Assembly: GCA_964356315.1 (NCBI GenBank) | Contig: CAYHHA010000002.1 | Span: 3,824 to 67,823 of the forward strand | DNA from: an uncultured Gammaproteobacteria bacterium | Lineage (GTDB): Bacteria; Patescibacteriota; Microgenomatia; UBA10105; UBA927 | Reading direction: 5' to 3' | DNA: 64,000 nucleotides | Part shown: positions 1 to 10,946 of the stretch, in pieces | How positions within the stretch are numbered: position 1 is the stretch's first letter | Layout: every line of letters starts with the position of its first letter | Position numbers and translations under genes: made by a program | Notes under the pieces: model-generated | What the model was told of the DNA's origin: nothing | Database searches by the model: none | The model's input: the letters and a program-made list of their open reading frames with translations, nothing else

Positions 1-968
1 CGACCTATATGGAGCTTAAAACTGGCAAAGGAAAAATTTTCCCATCGATTGATCATGCAAAAACTATACGGGATATGTTGGTGGAATACCTAAAATTTCT
101 GAAGGTCGATATGATCTGCAATAGTCATGTGGATTCTTTAGCCTATTCAACTCTATGGACTGTTCAAGCAAAAGAGATCTCGTATACTGCGAATGTTGTT
201 ATCCTTTCCGCTGGTGGTAAAACGTATCCAGCTCTTGGGTCTGATGGATCAGGATATACACTCGCGTCGTCTCTCGGGCATACCATCGTGGATCCTGTGG
301 TAAGCGCTGTGCCTATTGTGTCAAAAAATATATTGTCACATTTCCTGCAGGGAGAAAAAATGGACATGCGGGCAACTGCCTATATAGATGGAAATAAAAT
401 TTCGGAAGCACGCGGGGATGTGATGTTTACGCAGTATGGGTTTTCTGGTCCTGCAATTTTTGACATAAGTCGTGATTTTTCTATTCGCATCAATCGAGAA
501 CAGGGTAGCGGGTGTCGGGTACATTTGTGCTTTTTTCCCGATGAAACTCCTGTGACGCTTCGAGCGATCCTTGATAAAAAATGGAATGCCTTTCCATCGT
601 ATGCCGTTTCCGCAAGTCTCTGGGGACTGGTAACACAAAAAACTGCAGGTGGAATATGTGCGACGCTTAAATTTCCCAAAGAAAAATATTGTGCAGACCT
701 AACGGAAGAAGAAAAACAGTCAATCATACACCTGCTTATGGACTTTTCATCTGATGTAGAGGGAACTCGCGGGTGGAATGAAGGGGAATTTGCTGCAGGG
801 GGAGTGAATACTTCTGAGATAGATCCAAACACTATGCGGTCGACTATTCAACCGAAATTGGGATTTGCAGGAGAGCTTGTCGATGTGGATGGGGCAGTAG
901 GTGGATTTAATTTATCTTGGAGTTGGGCATCTGGATGGATCGCCGGAAAGAACGCGGGTTCGATATGA
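1..968 (+). CDS. HI0933/YhiN-family NAD(P)/FAD-dependent flavoprotein, 5' truncated by window edge
   Basis: SAGGKTYPALGSDGSGY, GDVMFTQYGFSGPA, GGV, FAGELVDVDGAVGGFNL motifs; the N-terminal GxGxxG lies outside the window. Confidence 0.9.
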   Translation, partial: TYMELKTGKGKIFPSIDHAKTIRDMLVEYLKFLKVDMICNSHVDSLAYSTLWTVQAKEISYTANVVILSAGGKTYPALGSDGSGYTLASSLGHTIVDPVVSAVPIVSKNILSHFLQGEKMDMRATAYIDGNKISEARGDVMFTQYGFSGPAIFDISRDFSIRINREQGSGCRVHLCFFPDETPVTLRAILDKKWNAFPSYAVSASLWGLVTQKTAGGICATLKFPKEKYCADLTEEEKQSIIHLLMDFSSDVEGTRGWNEGEFAAGGVNTSEIDPNTMRSTIQPKLGFAGELVDVDGAVGGFNLSWSWASGWIAGKNAGSI

Positions 969-1435
969 TTACCTGCAGATTTGAAAAAGGGTATGATGCA
1001 CTCTTGCGCCACTTGGTGGTGCATGCGATTGTGGAAAAAGAGAATGGAATTTTGCTGGTAAAGCGTACGGGGGATTTGTTGGAAAGCGGAAAATGGGGAT
1101 TGCCTGGTGGGTATCTGGACCGCGATGAAACGGCACAGGAGGGTGCGCTTCGAGAACTGAGGGAAGAAACAGGATGGGATGGTGAGATTATTTCTCTTTT
1201 CCGTATTAATACCAATCCAAATCGGCCCCACGAGGATAGACAAAATGTTTCGTTTGATTTTTTAATCCGGCCAACGACACTGTCAGGACTTCCTGATGCT
1301 GAATCGTCTCGTGTAGAATTTATCCCATTTGAAAAATTATACAGTGCCGAGAAGCTCGCCTTCGATCACGGAGAGACGATAGAACGATATTTAAAATATC
1401 GAAAAGAAAAATTTTCTCTCCCTTTGGTAGAATAA
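965..1435 (+). CDS. NUDIX hydrolase
   Basis: Nudix box GGYLDRDETAQEGALRELREETG; ATG 965 overlaps the upstream TGA (ATGA), so start moved from 917. Confidence 0.9.
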   Translation: MITCRFEKGYDALLRHLVVHAIVEKENGILLVKRTGDLLESGKWGLPGGYLDRDETAQEGALRELREETGWDGEIISLFRINTNPNRPHEDRQNVSFDFLIRPTTLSGLPDAESSRVEFIPFEKLYSAEKLAFDHGETIERYLKYRKEKFSLPLVE

Positions 1436-1441
1436 GTCTAT

Positions 1442-2062
1442 ATGAAATTTATTGATGTGTCTCATGCCTTTGTCGATAATATGCCAGTATTTCCTGGTGA
1501 TCCATTGACCTCGCTTAAACAAATTACGACCATTGAAAAAAACGGGTATACCGATCACCAACTAACTTCTGTGATGCATGTTGGGACGCATATGGACTCG
1601 CCACTTCATATGATAGAGGGCGGTAAATATATGGATGAATATCCACCGGAAAAATTTGTGGGTCCTGGGGTGATAGTGAATGTCTATAAAAAATCAGTTA
1701 TTGATATTGATGCGCTTCAAGGACTTTCGATTGCACGTGGGTCTATCGTATTTCTCTATACAGGGATGTCAGAAGTGTATGGAACAGAAAGTTATAATAG
1801 TGAGTATCCAAGAATTACTGAAAACTTTGCTCAAAAGCTCGTAGATATGGGTGTCAGTATAGTCGGAATGGATATGCTTAATCCTGATAAAGAGGAATCG
1901 TTTCCTATCCATAAAATCCTCTTGTCCAATGACGTACTTATTATAGAAAATCTCACGAATCTGGGAGCGCTTGCTAGTATTCCGTCTTTTGGTGTATTTG
2001 CTTTCCCTGTGAAACTTCACGCTGAGGCGGCCCCAGTGCGAGTGGTTGTAGAAATTCTATAA
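1442..2062 (+). CDS. cyclase family metal-dependent hydrolase (KynB-like)
   Basis: MPVFPGDP, HVGTHMDSPLH, IIENL, APVR motifs. Confidence 0.88.
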   Translation: MKFIDVSHAFVDNMPVFPGDPLTSLKQITTIEKNGYTDHQLTSVMHVGTHMDSPLHMIEGGKYMDEYPPEKFVGPGVIVNVYKKSVIDIDALQGLSIARGSIVFLYTGMSEVYGTESYNSEYPRITENFAQKLVDMGVSIVGMDMLNPDKEESFPIHKILLSNDVLIIENLTNLGALASIPSFGVFAFPVKLHAEAAPVRVVVEIL

Positions 2063-2126
2063 TAGTATTTTTAGAAAGGAGAGGTTCGCGTTTTTATATT
2101 TTTTCTGCTATTCTTCCTGTGCATAT

Positions 2127-3941
2127 ATGACAGATATCGATGACGTCAAATCAAGGCTAAATATCGTAGATATTATTGGCAAACATGTGAAGCTTAAAAA
2201 AGCCGGGAGAAATTTCAAAGGCTTGTGTCCATTTCATGGAGAAAAATCCCCTTCGTTTGTAGTGTCTCCGGATCGTCAGATTTTCCACTGCTTCGGATGT
2301 CAAAAGGGCGGAACAATTTTTGATTTCGTCATGGAATATCACCATATAGACTTTGCGGAGGCACTCGAAGATTTGGCAAACACCGCAGGGGTAACACTGA
2401 CACGAAAATATTCTGACTCAAAAGACTCGGGGATAAAGCAAAAAATACTAGAAGCAAATCACTTGGCAAGCGAATATTTTCACTATATATTAACGAAACA
2501 TGATTTAGGAAAGCGTGGACTTGAGTACCTGCGAGGGAGAGAGATTTCCGATAAATCTATAAAAACATTTTCACTCGGGTATAGCCCTAACAGCTGGGAA
2601 GGGCTCTATAAATTTTTACGAAAAAAAGGATATGAAGATGAACTATTGGAAAAAGCGGGCCTTGTTATCCGACGTCAGGGATCAAGCGGATATTATGATC
2701 GGTTTCGCGGAAGAGTCATGTTTACGCTCAAGGATCATCGGGGAAGTGTTGTCGGATTTGCTGGAAGAATTTTAGAAGGAGACGAGAAAGATGCAAAATA
2801 TATAAATACCTCTGAAACTCCTGTGTATATAAAAAGTAATATCCTCTATGCGCTGGATGTTACCAAAGGCACCATCCAAAAAGAAAATGAAGCAATAATA
2901 ATGGAGGGTGAATTGGATGTGATTTCCTCTTTTCAAGCGGGTATCGGAAATGCTGTGGCAATCAAAGGATCGGCGCTGACGGAGGGCCATGTTCGATTGT
3001 TGAAACGATTTACTGAGCGAATAGTGTTTGCGCTGGACAGTGATATGGCAGGAGATGCAGCCAATAGACGAGGGATAGAGATCGCAGATCATGCAGGTAT
3101 GGATATGCGCGTCGTAACGCTCCCGATGGGGAAAGATCCAGATGAAGCGGCACGAGAATCTCCGGGACTTTTGAAAAAAGCGATTGCGGACGCCGTGCCA
3201 ATTTATGATTATTTTTTGTCATCTGCATTTAAGCGGTTTGATGCAACGACCGCGTATGGTAAGAAAAAAATCAGCGATGAACTGTTGCCAGTAATCGCAA
3301 AGATAGATAATCCAGTGATACAAAATCACTATATCGGAAAAACAGCAACAATACTTAAAACATCGGAAGATGCACTCATCGAAAGCATGCGACGATTGTC
3401 TCGGGGTGTGAATGCGTTTATCCAAAATGATACGAAAGAAACCACGGATCAGTCTGAGAGAATATCCTCCCGTACGGAAAAATTGGAAGTGTATATCCTT
3501 GCGCTGTTGTTGCAAGGGAAGACCGTCGAGCTGTTTGAAGAACTGCAAGAGCTCGGATTTTTACCTGAATTTTCGCACCCTGCAGTAGTAAAAATTATCG
3601 ATCAGCTCTTGGCTTTTTTGACTCCGGATGAAAATATGCCAGTGACGACGAAAGTATTTTTAATCAAAGATTTTGCTGATTCGTTGCCGAAAGAGTTGTT
3701 GCCGACCCTCGATGAAGCATTTTTGTGGGATGTGGAAGATTTGCTCGATAGCCCAAATGCGTTTATGGAAGAATGGATAAAAACTGTTCGGGAATTTCGG
3801 CGGGTGGTACTGCATAAGCAAATACAAGAGTTGAATAGATTAGGATCTTCGGAACAATTGAGCAAAACAGATGGAGAAGATATCCAGCAAAAACTTCGAA
3901 TGGCCACACTGAAGTTAAAAGAGCTGGAAAATCAGATCTAA
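2127..3941 (+). CDS. dnaG: DNA primase
   Basis: CPFH..CFGC zinc ribbon, [25 protein letters not shown] and DSD.AG, KDPD. Confidence 0.98.
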   Translation: MTDIDDVKSRLNIVDIIGKHVKLKKAGRNFKGLCPFHGEKSPSFVVSPDRQIFHCFGCQKGGTIFDFVMEYHHIDFAEALEDLANTAGVTLTRKYSDSKDSGIKQKILEANHLASEYFHYILTKHDLGKRGLEYLRGREISDKSIKTFSLGYSPNSWEGLYKFLRKKGYEDELLEKAGLVIRRQGSSGYYDRFRGRVMFTLKDHRGSVVGFAGRILEGDEKDAKYINTSETPVYIKSNILYALDVTKGTIQKENEAIIMEGELDVISSFQAGIGNAVAIKGSALTEGHVRLLKRFTERIVFALDSDMAGDAANRRGIEIADHAGMDMRVVTLPMGKDPDEAARESPGLLKKAIADAVPIYDYFLSSAFKRFDATTAYGKKKISDELLPVIAKIDNPVIQNHYIGKTATILKTSEDALIESMRRLSRGVNAFIQNDTKETTDQSERISSRTEKLEVYILALLLQGKTVELFEELQELGFLPEFSHPAVVKIIDQLLAFLTPDENMPVTTKVFLIKDFADSLPKELLPTLDEAFLWDVEDLLDSPNAFMEEWIKTVREFRRVVLHKQIQELNRLGSSEQLSKTDGEDIQQKLRMATLKLKELENQI

Positions 3942-3944
3942 ATC

Positions 3945-3953
3945 TGCTATAAT
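3945..3953 (+). promoter_or_regulatory. extended -10 promoter (TGnTATAAT) for rpoD
   Basis: TGCTATAAT immediately after the dnaG stop, about 155 nt before rpoD ATG 4108. Confidence 0.65.
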
Positions 3954-4107
3954 TTGTGGATTCCAGCTTATGCAGGAATACCAGTGCGGTATATGCTCGA
4001 GATTACTCGTACACCGCATTGGAACAAGCGAAGTCATTTGTTTCTCTTCGATAAAACAGCGCATAACTTTTTTAAACGCGGAAGATGCAAAGACTCACGG
4101 TACTTAT

Positions 4108-5196
4108 ATGGCTAAACAAAAAAACCTCGCTACTGTTGCTGATCTTATCCGTGAAGGTAAAGAAAACGGATTTGTTACTCAGGAAGATATTTTATTCCTT
4201 TTCCCCAAACCAGAAGAACATATCAAAGAGGTCGATGAATTGTGTAATAAATTGATACAAGAGGGTATTGATGTCTTTGAAACCACCACCCAAGATAGCG
4301 ATAAAGAATCTTCAAAAAGCATCGTTGAACTAGAAAAAGAAATTGAAGCACTTGTGAAGGCAAATAGTGAGGGTGTTTCTGATCCTGTGCGCATGTACTT
4401 GAAAGAAATAGGTCGCATACCGCTTTTAACGTTTGCTGATGAAATTTCCCTCGCAAAGCGCTATGAAAAAGGAGATCGAAAAGCAAAGAAGAAACTTATC
4501 GAATCGAACTTGCGTCTCGTTGTATCTATCGCAAAAAAATATATCGGTCGAGGTATGTCACTTCTTGATTTGATTCAGGAAGGAAATCAGGGGCTTATCC
4601 GTGCTGTGGAAAAGTATGATTGGCGAAAAGGGTATAAGTTTTCGACCTACGCTACATGGTGGATTAGACAAGCGATTACCCGCGCTATCGCGGATCAAGC
4701 GCGTACCATCCGCATACCGGTCCATATGGTTGAAACGATCAACCGATTTGTCCGTGCAAGTCGCAGGTTGATGCAGGATTTGGGTCGAGAACCAACTCCA
4801 GAAGAAATTGCAAAAGTTATGGAAGTGGATGTGATGAAAGTCCGAGAGATTATGAAAGTATCTCAGGAGCCAACATCTCTGGAAACACCAGTTGGAGATG
4901 AAGAAGATAGTCATTTGGGTGATTTTATATCTGACCCAGGTCCAACACCATATGAGCAGACCAGTAGACAGCTTTTGAAGGAACATATGGAAGAAGTCTT
5001 AACGACACTTTCTGATCGGGAGAAAAAGGTATTGGTGCTTCGATTTGGACTCGAAGATGGACGACCAAGAACACTTGAAGAGGTTGGGGCACAGTTTGGT
5101 GTCACACGAGAGAGAATTCGACAGATCGAAGCGAAGGCTCTGAGGAAACTTCGACACCCTTCAAGATCCAAGAAATTGAAAGACTATTTGGAATAA
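4108..5196 (+). CDS. rpoD: primary sigma factor RpoD/SigA
   Basis: [56 protein letters not shown]; region 1.1-like sequence begins at MAKQK (4108). Confidence 0.97.
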   Translation: MAKQKNLATVADLIREGKENGFVTQEDILFLFPKPEEHIKEVDELCNKLIQEGIDVFETTTQDSDKESSKSIVELEKEIEALVKANSEGVSDPVRMYLKEIGRIPLLTFADEISLAKRYEKGDRKAKKKLIESNLRLVVSIAKKYIGRGMSLLDLIQEGNQGLIRAVEKYDWRKGYKFSTYATWWIRQAITRAIADQARTIRIPVHMVETINRFVRASRRLMQDLGREPTPEEIAKVMEVDVMKVREIMKVSQEPTSLETPVGDEEDSHLGDFISDPGPTPYEQTSRQLLKEHMEEVLTTLSDREKKVLVLRFGLEDGRPRTLEEVGAQFGVTRERIRQIEAKALRKLRHPSRSKKLKDYLE

Positions 5197-5226
5197 ACTG
5201 CTTTATAGAAAAAGGGTGCTGTTGAG

Positions 5227-5625
5227 TTATGTGGTTGCGACTGGAAGTGGATTGAGGATTTCTTCAATTTTTTCAAGAACTGTTTCTAATGATGAATTGC
5301 TTTTGAGCATGTAGTAGGTTGGTTTTGTTTCCATAACGTCGGATAGTAATTTCCCATCAGGATCTACGTTGGAAAATACGATAACGGGAACATCTTTGCC
5401 CCATGCATCTTCCCTGAGTTTTTTGAGCATCGTCATGCCGTCCATCTCTGGTATAAGCATATCCAAAAGAATTATTCCCGGCCTTGTTTCTAGCGCCTTT
5501 CGAAGGCCTTCGATGCCATTTACCGCAGTATTTGTGGTATATCCTGCAATATCAAGCTTATCTTTAAGCGCAGTTAAAAGAAGCGTATCGTCTTCAACAA
5601 CTAAGACAGTTACCTGATTACTCAT
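5227..5625 (-). CDS. single-domain response regulator (receiver only)
   Basis: VLVVEDD, ILLD, VPVIVFSN, K; no output domain; divergent from the kinase. Confidence 0.88.
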   Translation of the reverse strand: MSNQVTVLVVEDDTLLLTALKDKLDIAGYTTNTAVNGIEGLRKALETRPGIILLDMLIPEMDGMTMLKKLREDAWGKDVPVIVFSNVDPDGKLLSDVMETKPTYYMLKSNSSLETVLEKIEEILNPLPVATT

Positions 5626-5696
5626 ATAGTTGCTATAGTATACCATATTAAATTTCCTATACTGCATGTTTTTATAAAACACTTTATACTTAATAT

Positions 5697-7826
5697 ATGA
5701 GTACTCAAGGGCCAGATAGTGAACACCAAGATGCTAACACATCAAGTGAACTTAAATTGCTTGCAGAAATCAGCCTTCTTTTGACGGGATCTAAAGAATT
5801 TTCTGAGATTATGCATACGGTGCTGGAAAAAATTGGAAAACATCTGAACGTGAATAGAGTCTACATCTTTGAAGATACTGAAGATGGGATAAAAACAACC
5901 AATACCTACGAATGGTGCAAAGAAGGGACAACACCTCAAATACAAAATCTCCAAAATTTTGCCTACACAGATATCAGCCCATGGAAAGAAACGCTGATTC
6001 AGGATCGAAAGATTATGGCTGATGATATCGCCACTTTACCTTCTAATATCCGCGATATTCTTTCCCCGCAACAAATTCAATCGATATTGGTCTTGCCAAT
6101 ATATGAAAAAGATACGTATAAAGGATTTTTAGGGTTCGATGATACCGAAAAGCATAGAGTGTGGAGAAATATAGATATCTATCTATTGGAGGTTATTTCC
6201 GGAATATACTCACATGTACATAGATCTTACTTTACACAATTGCGCTTGGCTGATGCACTCACAAACCTTCGGAAAAAAGAAGAATATCTCGATTTAGCAG
6301 TGGCCTGTGCGCAGGTAGGCATTTGGGACTGGAATATATCAACGGGAAAAATAAGTCTGAATGACAGTTGGGTAGAGATGCTCGGATACTCTTTGAGCGA
6401 ATTTACCCCACTCACTATAAAAGTATGGGAATCATTGTGTCATCCGGATGATCTGATCCGTTCAAATGAGCTATTGAAGAAGCATTTTGCTCGAGAGTCA
6501 GATATCTACGTTTGCGAAGTGCGAATGAAACATAAAAATGGGCATTGGGCGTGGATATTGGACCAGGGAAAAGTGAGTGGTCGTGATGAGAATGGAAATC
6601 CAGTTCGTATGTCTGGAACTCATCTGGATATTTCTAAGAAAAAAGAAGAGGAAGAGCAATCATCTATCCGGATCGCTGAATTGAAGAAGGTCAATGAATC
6701 TATGATTTCACTCCTATCTGATATTGAGGAAGAAAAAAATAAATCCTTAAAGCTTGTTTATGAATTGGAAAAGTTTAAAATGGCTGTAGAAAATGTCTCT
6801 GATCAAATCATCATCACTGACCCTGAGGGTACAATTCTTTATGCAAATAAATCTACAGAGAGGATAACAGGATATAGCAGAAGTGAAGTATTGGGAAAAA
6901 AAGCCGGACAACTTTGGAGAGACTCAACACCAAAAGAATTTTTTGACCAACTTTGGACCACCATAAAAATAAACAAACAGGAATTTTTTGGTGAACTAAC
7001 TAATAAAAATAAAAATGGAGTTGACTACCAAGCAGAGATATATATTACTCCAGTTTTGGATCTTGGGGGAAATATTTTATATTTTGTAGGAATGGAGCGA
7101 GATATTACTCGTGTAAAAGAAATAGATCGTATGAAGTCTGAATTTATCTCCCTTGCTTCTCATCAGTTAAGAACGCCACTGACTGCGGTAAAATGGTTAA
7201 CCGAGATGCTCATGAGCGAGGAATTGGGGAGCATGAACGAGAAGCAGAAGCTGTCTATCTCCAAAATTGCCAGTAGTAATGAGAGGATGATTAATCTGGT
7301 AAATTCGCTCCTTGATATCTCTCGATTAGAATCTGGGAAATTTGTCCTTGAGACGACGGAAGTGTCAATTAAAGATTTAGCTCTTGATGTTGTGGAAGAA
7401 TTAAAACATGCATTGGAGATTAAAAAACTACATCTAAGTGTTCAGATCGAAGAAGGATTGCCATCTATACGCGTGGATAAGAAATTTATCCGTCAGGTGT
7501 ATATGAATTTATTATCAAACGCATCAAAGTATACGCATGAAGACGGTGAAATTTCCATCAGTATAAAACGAGAAGGTGATACGATTTTATCGGTAGTTAA
7601 AGATACTGGAATTGGCATACCTGTTTCTCAACAGCATAGAATCTACGAGAGATTTTTTCGAGCAGATAACGCGGTAAAAAAATCAGCTGAGGGAAACGGA
7701 CTTGGTCTGTATATAATTCAGCTAATTGTGAAACGCTCTGGGGGCACGTTATCGTTTGTGAGCGAGGAAAATAAAGGAACAGAGTTTTCGTTTACTTTGC
7801 CGATCTCCGAGCCTATTGTTGCGTAG
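5697..7826 (+). CDS. cytoplasmic GAF-PAS-PAS sensor histidine kinase
   Basis: GAF (NTYEWC..GFLGFD), PAS (GIWDWNI, HPDD, DIS), second PAS, H-box SHQLRTPLT, N/G1/F/G2 boxes; no transmembrane helix seen. Confidence 0.93.
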   Translation: MSTQGPDSEHQDANTSSELKLLAEISLLLTGSKEFSEIMHTVLEKIGKHLNVNRVYIFEDTEDGIKTTNTYEWCKEGTTPQIQNLQNFAYTDISPWKETLIQDRKIMADDIATLPSNIRDILSPQQIQSILVLPIYEKDTYKGFLGFDDTEKHRVWRNIDIYLLEVISGIYSHVHRSYFTQLRLADALTNLRKKEEYLDLAVACAQVGIWDWNISTGKISLNDSWVEMLGYSLSEFTPLTIKVWESLCHPDDLIRSNELLKKHFARESDIYVCEVRMKHKNGHWAWILDQGKVSGRDENGNPVRMSGTHLDISKKKEEEEQSSIRIAELKKVNESMISLLSDIEEEKNKSLKLVYELEKFKMAVENVSDQIIITDPEGTILYANKSTERITGYSRSEVLGKKAGQLWRDSTPKEFFDQLWTTIKINKQEFFGELTNKNKNGVDYQAEIYITPVLDLGGNILYFVGMERDITRVKEIDRMKSEFISLASHQLRTPLTAVKWLTEMLMSEELGSMNEKQKLSISKIASSNERMINLVNSLLDISRLESGKFVLETTEVSIKDLALDVVEELKHALEIKKLHLSVQIEEGLPSIRVDKKFIRQVYMNLLSNASKYTHEDGEISISIKREGDTILSVVKDTGIGIPVSQQHRIYERFFRADNAVKKSAEGNGLGLYIIQLIVKRSGGTLSFVSEENKGTEFSFTLPISEPIVA

Positions 7827-8328
7827 TTGTGTTTATCGGAGTCAGAGGGATTTGGCTTAATTGCTCAGTCACCGCTTTTTCCCCGACATCATTGTTTTCT
7901 ATCTGTATGTAGTTTGTATTTGGTGGTTCAAACTGAGCGCACATAATTCGGAGATAGGGAATGCCTAAATTGAAATATAGCCGCTTCATATATCGCTGTT
8001 CTCTAATAATTTTTTGTGTTTGGATAAGAATAAATATTGCATCTGGGAATGCGGTTTTGAGTTTATCTCGCATAAATGTTTTGAGAAGAGTTTGATGAAC
8101 TACGATATGTGCTGAGATTTTTAGCAGAGAGTTAACAGTTTTGATCAAATTGTGTGTAAACTCTTTTCGCATAGCATCGGTAATTTCCTTTTTTTCAAAA
8201 AGAGCAGTTTTCATGTGTGTAGGTAAATCATCGTCTCCGTTATGAATCGTATATCCAAATGAATTTTTAATTACTTCTGCGACAAATGATTTTCCGGATC
8301 CTGGTAGCCCAAAAATAAAAAGTATCAT
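7813..8328 (-). CDS. P-loop small-molecule kinase (gluconate kinase-like)
   Basis: GLPGSGKS Walker A, NGDDDLP, QFEPP; start reassigned to ATG 8328. Confidence 0.72.
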   Translation of the reverse strand: MILFIFGLPGSGKSFVAEVIKNSFGYTIHNGDDDLPTHMKTALFEKKEITDAMRKEFTHNLIKTVNSLLKISAHIVVHQTLLKTFMRDKLKTAFPDAIFILIQTQKIIREQRYMKRLYFNLGIPYLRIMCAQFEPPNTNYIQIENNDVGEKAVTEQLSQIPLTPINTTTQQ

Positions 8329-8378
8329 GATGCATATTGTACACCAGTGCATCAGTTTAGCCATGATACAATGTGAGC

Positions 8379-9560
8379 ATGTTAAAAAAAATGATTCTTC
8401 TTGCGCTTTGCTTGTGCGTTGGGATATCCATCGCAATTGTTTTCATTAAATCAGGAGGATCTGTGCAACAAACGATTTCTCCTCTCTCAAATGTACAGTC
8501 TCTTCATGTGAAACGCCCCGAAGTAGTAGGATTTTTGCCGTATTGGTTGCTCGGCAAAGCGGATAAACAGTATGAACGATTTATCACCACTCTTACGTAT
8601 TTTGGAATTGCTATAAACGCTGATGGTACGATCATGAAAACAATGAATCCTGGAGAGCTTGAGCCTGGATGGAATAATTTAAATCGGCAGGAAGTTTCGG
8701 CACGACTGGCTGATGCTACAAAAAATAAATTGAAAAAATCATTGCTTATCATTAGCGGTGACGATGAGGTGATACGTGAATTGTTAATAGATCCCGTTAA
8801 GAATGCCAGAGCAATGATGCAAGAGGTTGCTCCAATTATGAGGGATAAAGGATTTACTGATTTGAACTTGGATATTGAAACATTTATGGAGGCTTCAGAC
8901 AGTGACAGGGGAAGGTTTACTGAATTTGTGAAGACGGTTAAAGAAACCATAGTCTCTGAAAAATTAGGCACGCTTACCATAGACCTCATTCCAATTGCGT
9001 TAATGCGACCAAAATTATATGATCCCGTGGAGCTTGGAAAACTTGCAGACAGTGTGGTCCTTATGACGTACGATTACCACTATTCTGGATCTGTGACATC
9101 TGGGGCAGTGGCTCCGATCGGTGGGGCGGGTGAGACAATAGAATTTGATGTGGAATCCTCAGTGAAAGAAGCGTTAAAAGTGATGCCTAAAGAAAAGATT
9201 CTTCTTGGAATTCCTCTCTATGGTTACCAGTGGGAAACGATCAGTGATGCTAGTGAATCCGCAACGATACCTGGAGGATCGTCGACTGCTAGTGTGCGGC
9301 GCATCATGGAAAAATTACGAGTGTGTATTGACTGTAAAACTGGCATCGATCCGTATTCGAAAGAGCCATATCTTATATATAAAGATGGTGATGTGTATAG
9401 CCAAATCTACTATGAAGACGAAACATCGATGAAAGAAAAAATTGCCCTGGCTAAAAAATATTCACTTGGAGGCATCGCCCTGTGGGCTTTGGGATATGAG
9501 GATGATTCATTACTTCGGCCTCTTGAGGAGTATAAAAAATCATTTTCACTGACGTGGTGA
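8379..9560 (+). CDS. membrane-anchored GH18 glycoside hydrolase (YdhD/SleL-like)
   Basis: N-terminal hydrophobic anchor, DLNLDIE catalytic motif, LMTYDY, LGIPLYGYQW, GGIALWALG. Confidence 0.85.
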   Translation: MLKKMILLALCLCVGISIAIVFIKSGGSVQQTISPLSNVQSLHVKRPEVVGFLPYWLLGKADKQYERFITTLTYFGIAINADGTIMKTMNPGELEPGWNNLNRQEVSARLADATKNKLKKSLLIISGDDEVIRELLIDPVKNARAMMQEVAPIMRDKGFTDLNLDIETFMEASDSDRGRFTEFVKTVKETIVSEKLGTLTIDLIPIALMRPKLYDPVELGKLADSVVLMTYDYHYSGSVTSGAVAPIGGAGETIEFDVESSVKEALKVMPKEKILLGIPLYGYQWETISDASESATIPGGSSTASVRRIMEKLRVCIDCKTGIDPYSKEPYLIYKDGDVYSQIYYEDETSMKEKIALAKKYSLGGIALWALGYEDDSLLRPLEEYKKSFSLTW

Positions 9561-10238
9561 AACGATTGTTATCGTCCTACTGGCATCGTCGATGTTTGCT
9601 TGTTTTCCATCTAGGATTGTATAGACGTGCGTGATGTTGTCAGTATCAACAAATGCGACCTTTGCTTCTCCTTTTTCGACACTCACTGAGATGTCTGAAT
9701 CTATAATATTGACGCTAAGTCTTGTTTTAGATGCTTGAATAAGCGTATGCAATGCTCGGATTGCAACTGGACTAGTTGAAGTCATATCATACAGTATTTT
9801 TCCGTTTTTTTGTTGAAAAACCGTGTTTTCAGGAAATATATTTACGAAGACGATTTCAGCATTTTTTCCAATGGAGATGTTGCTCAAATTTGGGATTAGA
9901 ATTGTTGCTTTTCCATCTGCATTTGTTGCAATGGATTCTCCAATAAATATCGTGGCGCTTGGGGTGGCTTCAACAAATATATTTGCATCGCGGGTTTTGT
10001 GAAGTACAGATCCAGTCATTGTCGTCAGTACGCCTTTGAGAGATTGAGCAGGTGGAGCCAATGAGAAGGGTTTAGATGTGTAATTATCTGTTTGCGGATT
10101 TCTCGAATTTTCTTTTACTGGCTCGGAGGTAGATGATATTTTTGTGTTATATACATACAGCGTTGTGACCACTCCGATTGCCATACAGAAGAAGCCCGCA
10201 ATTATCCAACCTATGATCTCAAGAAGTGATGATTTCAT
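9546..10238 (-). CDS. membrane-anchored FecR-like domain protein
   Basis: N-terminal TM, GESIATNADGKATI, VSVEKGEAKV beta-rich pattern. Confidence 0.55.
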   Translation of the reverse strand: MKSSLLEIIGWIIAGFFCMAIGVVTTLYVYNTKISSTSEPVKENSRNPQTDNYTSKPFSLAPPAQSLKGVLTTMTGSVLHKTRDANIFVEATPSATIFIGESIATNADGKATILIPNLSNISIGKNAEIVFVNIFPENTVFQQKNGKILYDMTSTSPVAIRALHTLIQASKTRLSVNIIDSDISVSVEKGEAKVAFVDTDNITHVYTILDGKQANIDDASRTITIVSPRQ

Positions 10239-10307
10239 ATAGAAAATTTTACCATACAACATCTTAAAAAATACGTAAAAAGAGCAAATACGCTCGTGTC
10301 GATTATA

Positions 10308-10946
10308 TCACTGCATTGACAGTGTCGTTTCGTAGGAAAGAAAATTACCACAGTCTACCAATTCTTTTTCGCTTACCTCGTGCCCACTAGGATAGGCTTT
10401 AAATGTTACTTCAGCGCCACGCTTCCTAAGTATGTCAGCTACCAATGCTCCCTGAGTCGGTGTAATAATAGCGTCGCTAGTTCCTATGCTTACGAAGCAT
10501 GTACGTCCCGACAAATCTGGCCCAGGATGGTTTTTGAGAAACGGCATCATTGGGTGCAATAAAAGCACCCGCTTGATATATGACGGATATAATAACAATG
10601 TTGCAAGTAACATGTTTGCACCGTTTGAATATCCTAAAAAAGAAAATGATGAGGGTTCCATCGCATGTTCAATACTCCAAGATCTGATAAATATATGTAA
10701 TTTGAGTGTTTCTGACTTTATACTTTCCTGATCAAAAACACCTACTTCATGCCGTCTAAAAAATCTTGACATGCCATTTTCCCTTATATTACCTTCCAAT
10801 CCCAAAAGATTGTATTGATTCTTTAGTAAGTCATCAAAAAACAACAAGTCGTGTTTATTGCCTCCCGTTCCATGCAATAAAAATATCGTGCGCTTTGCTT
10901 GATTATCTATATATTCATAGTCAAATAAAGTGAGATCGTTAATCAT
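10308..10946 (-). CDS. alpha/beta hydrolase (MhqD/YodD-like carboxylesterase)
   Basis: LLHGTGG, ENGMSRFFRR, GYSNGAN nucleophile elbow, GHEV; overlaps the dioxygenase stop. Confidence 0.88.
   Translation of the reverse strand: MINDLTLFDYEYIDNQAKRTIFLLHGTGGNKHDLLFFDDLLKNQYNLLGLEGNIRENGMSRFFRRHEVGVFDQESIKSETLKLHIFIRSWSIEHAMEPSSFSFLGYSNGANMLLATLLLYPSYIKRVLLLHPMMPFLKNHPGPDLSGRTCFVSIGTSDAIITPTQGALVADILRKRGAEVTFKAYPSGHEVSEKELVDCGNFLSYETTLSMQ

Noticed and set aside
3970-4107. 46-aa N-terminal extension of RpoD in the ORF track
   Set aside because: Not sigma-like and coincides with strong hairpins; MAKQK at 4108 fits region 1.1.
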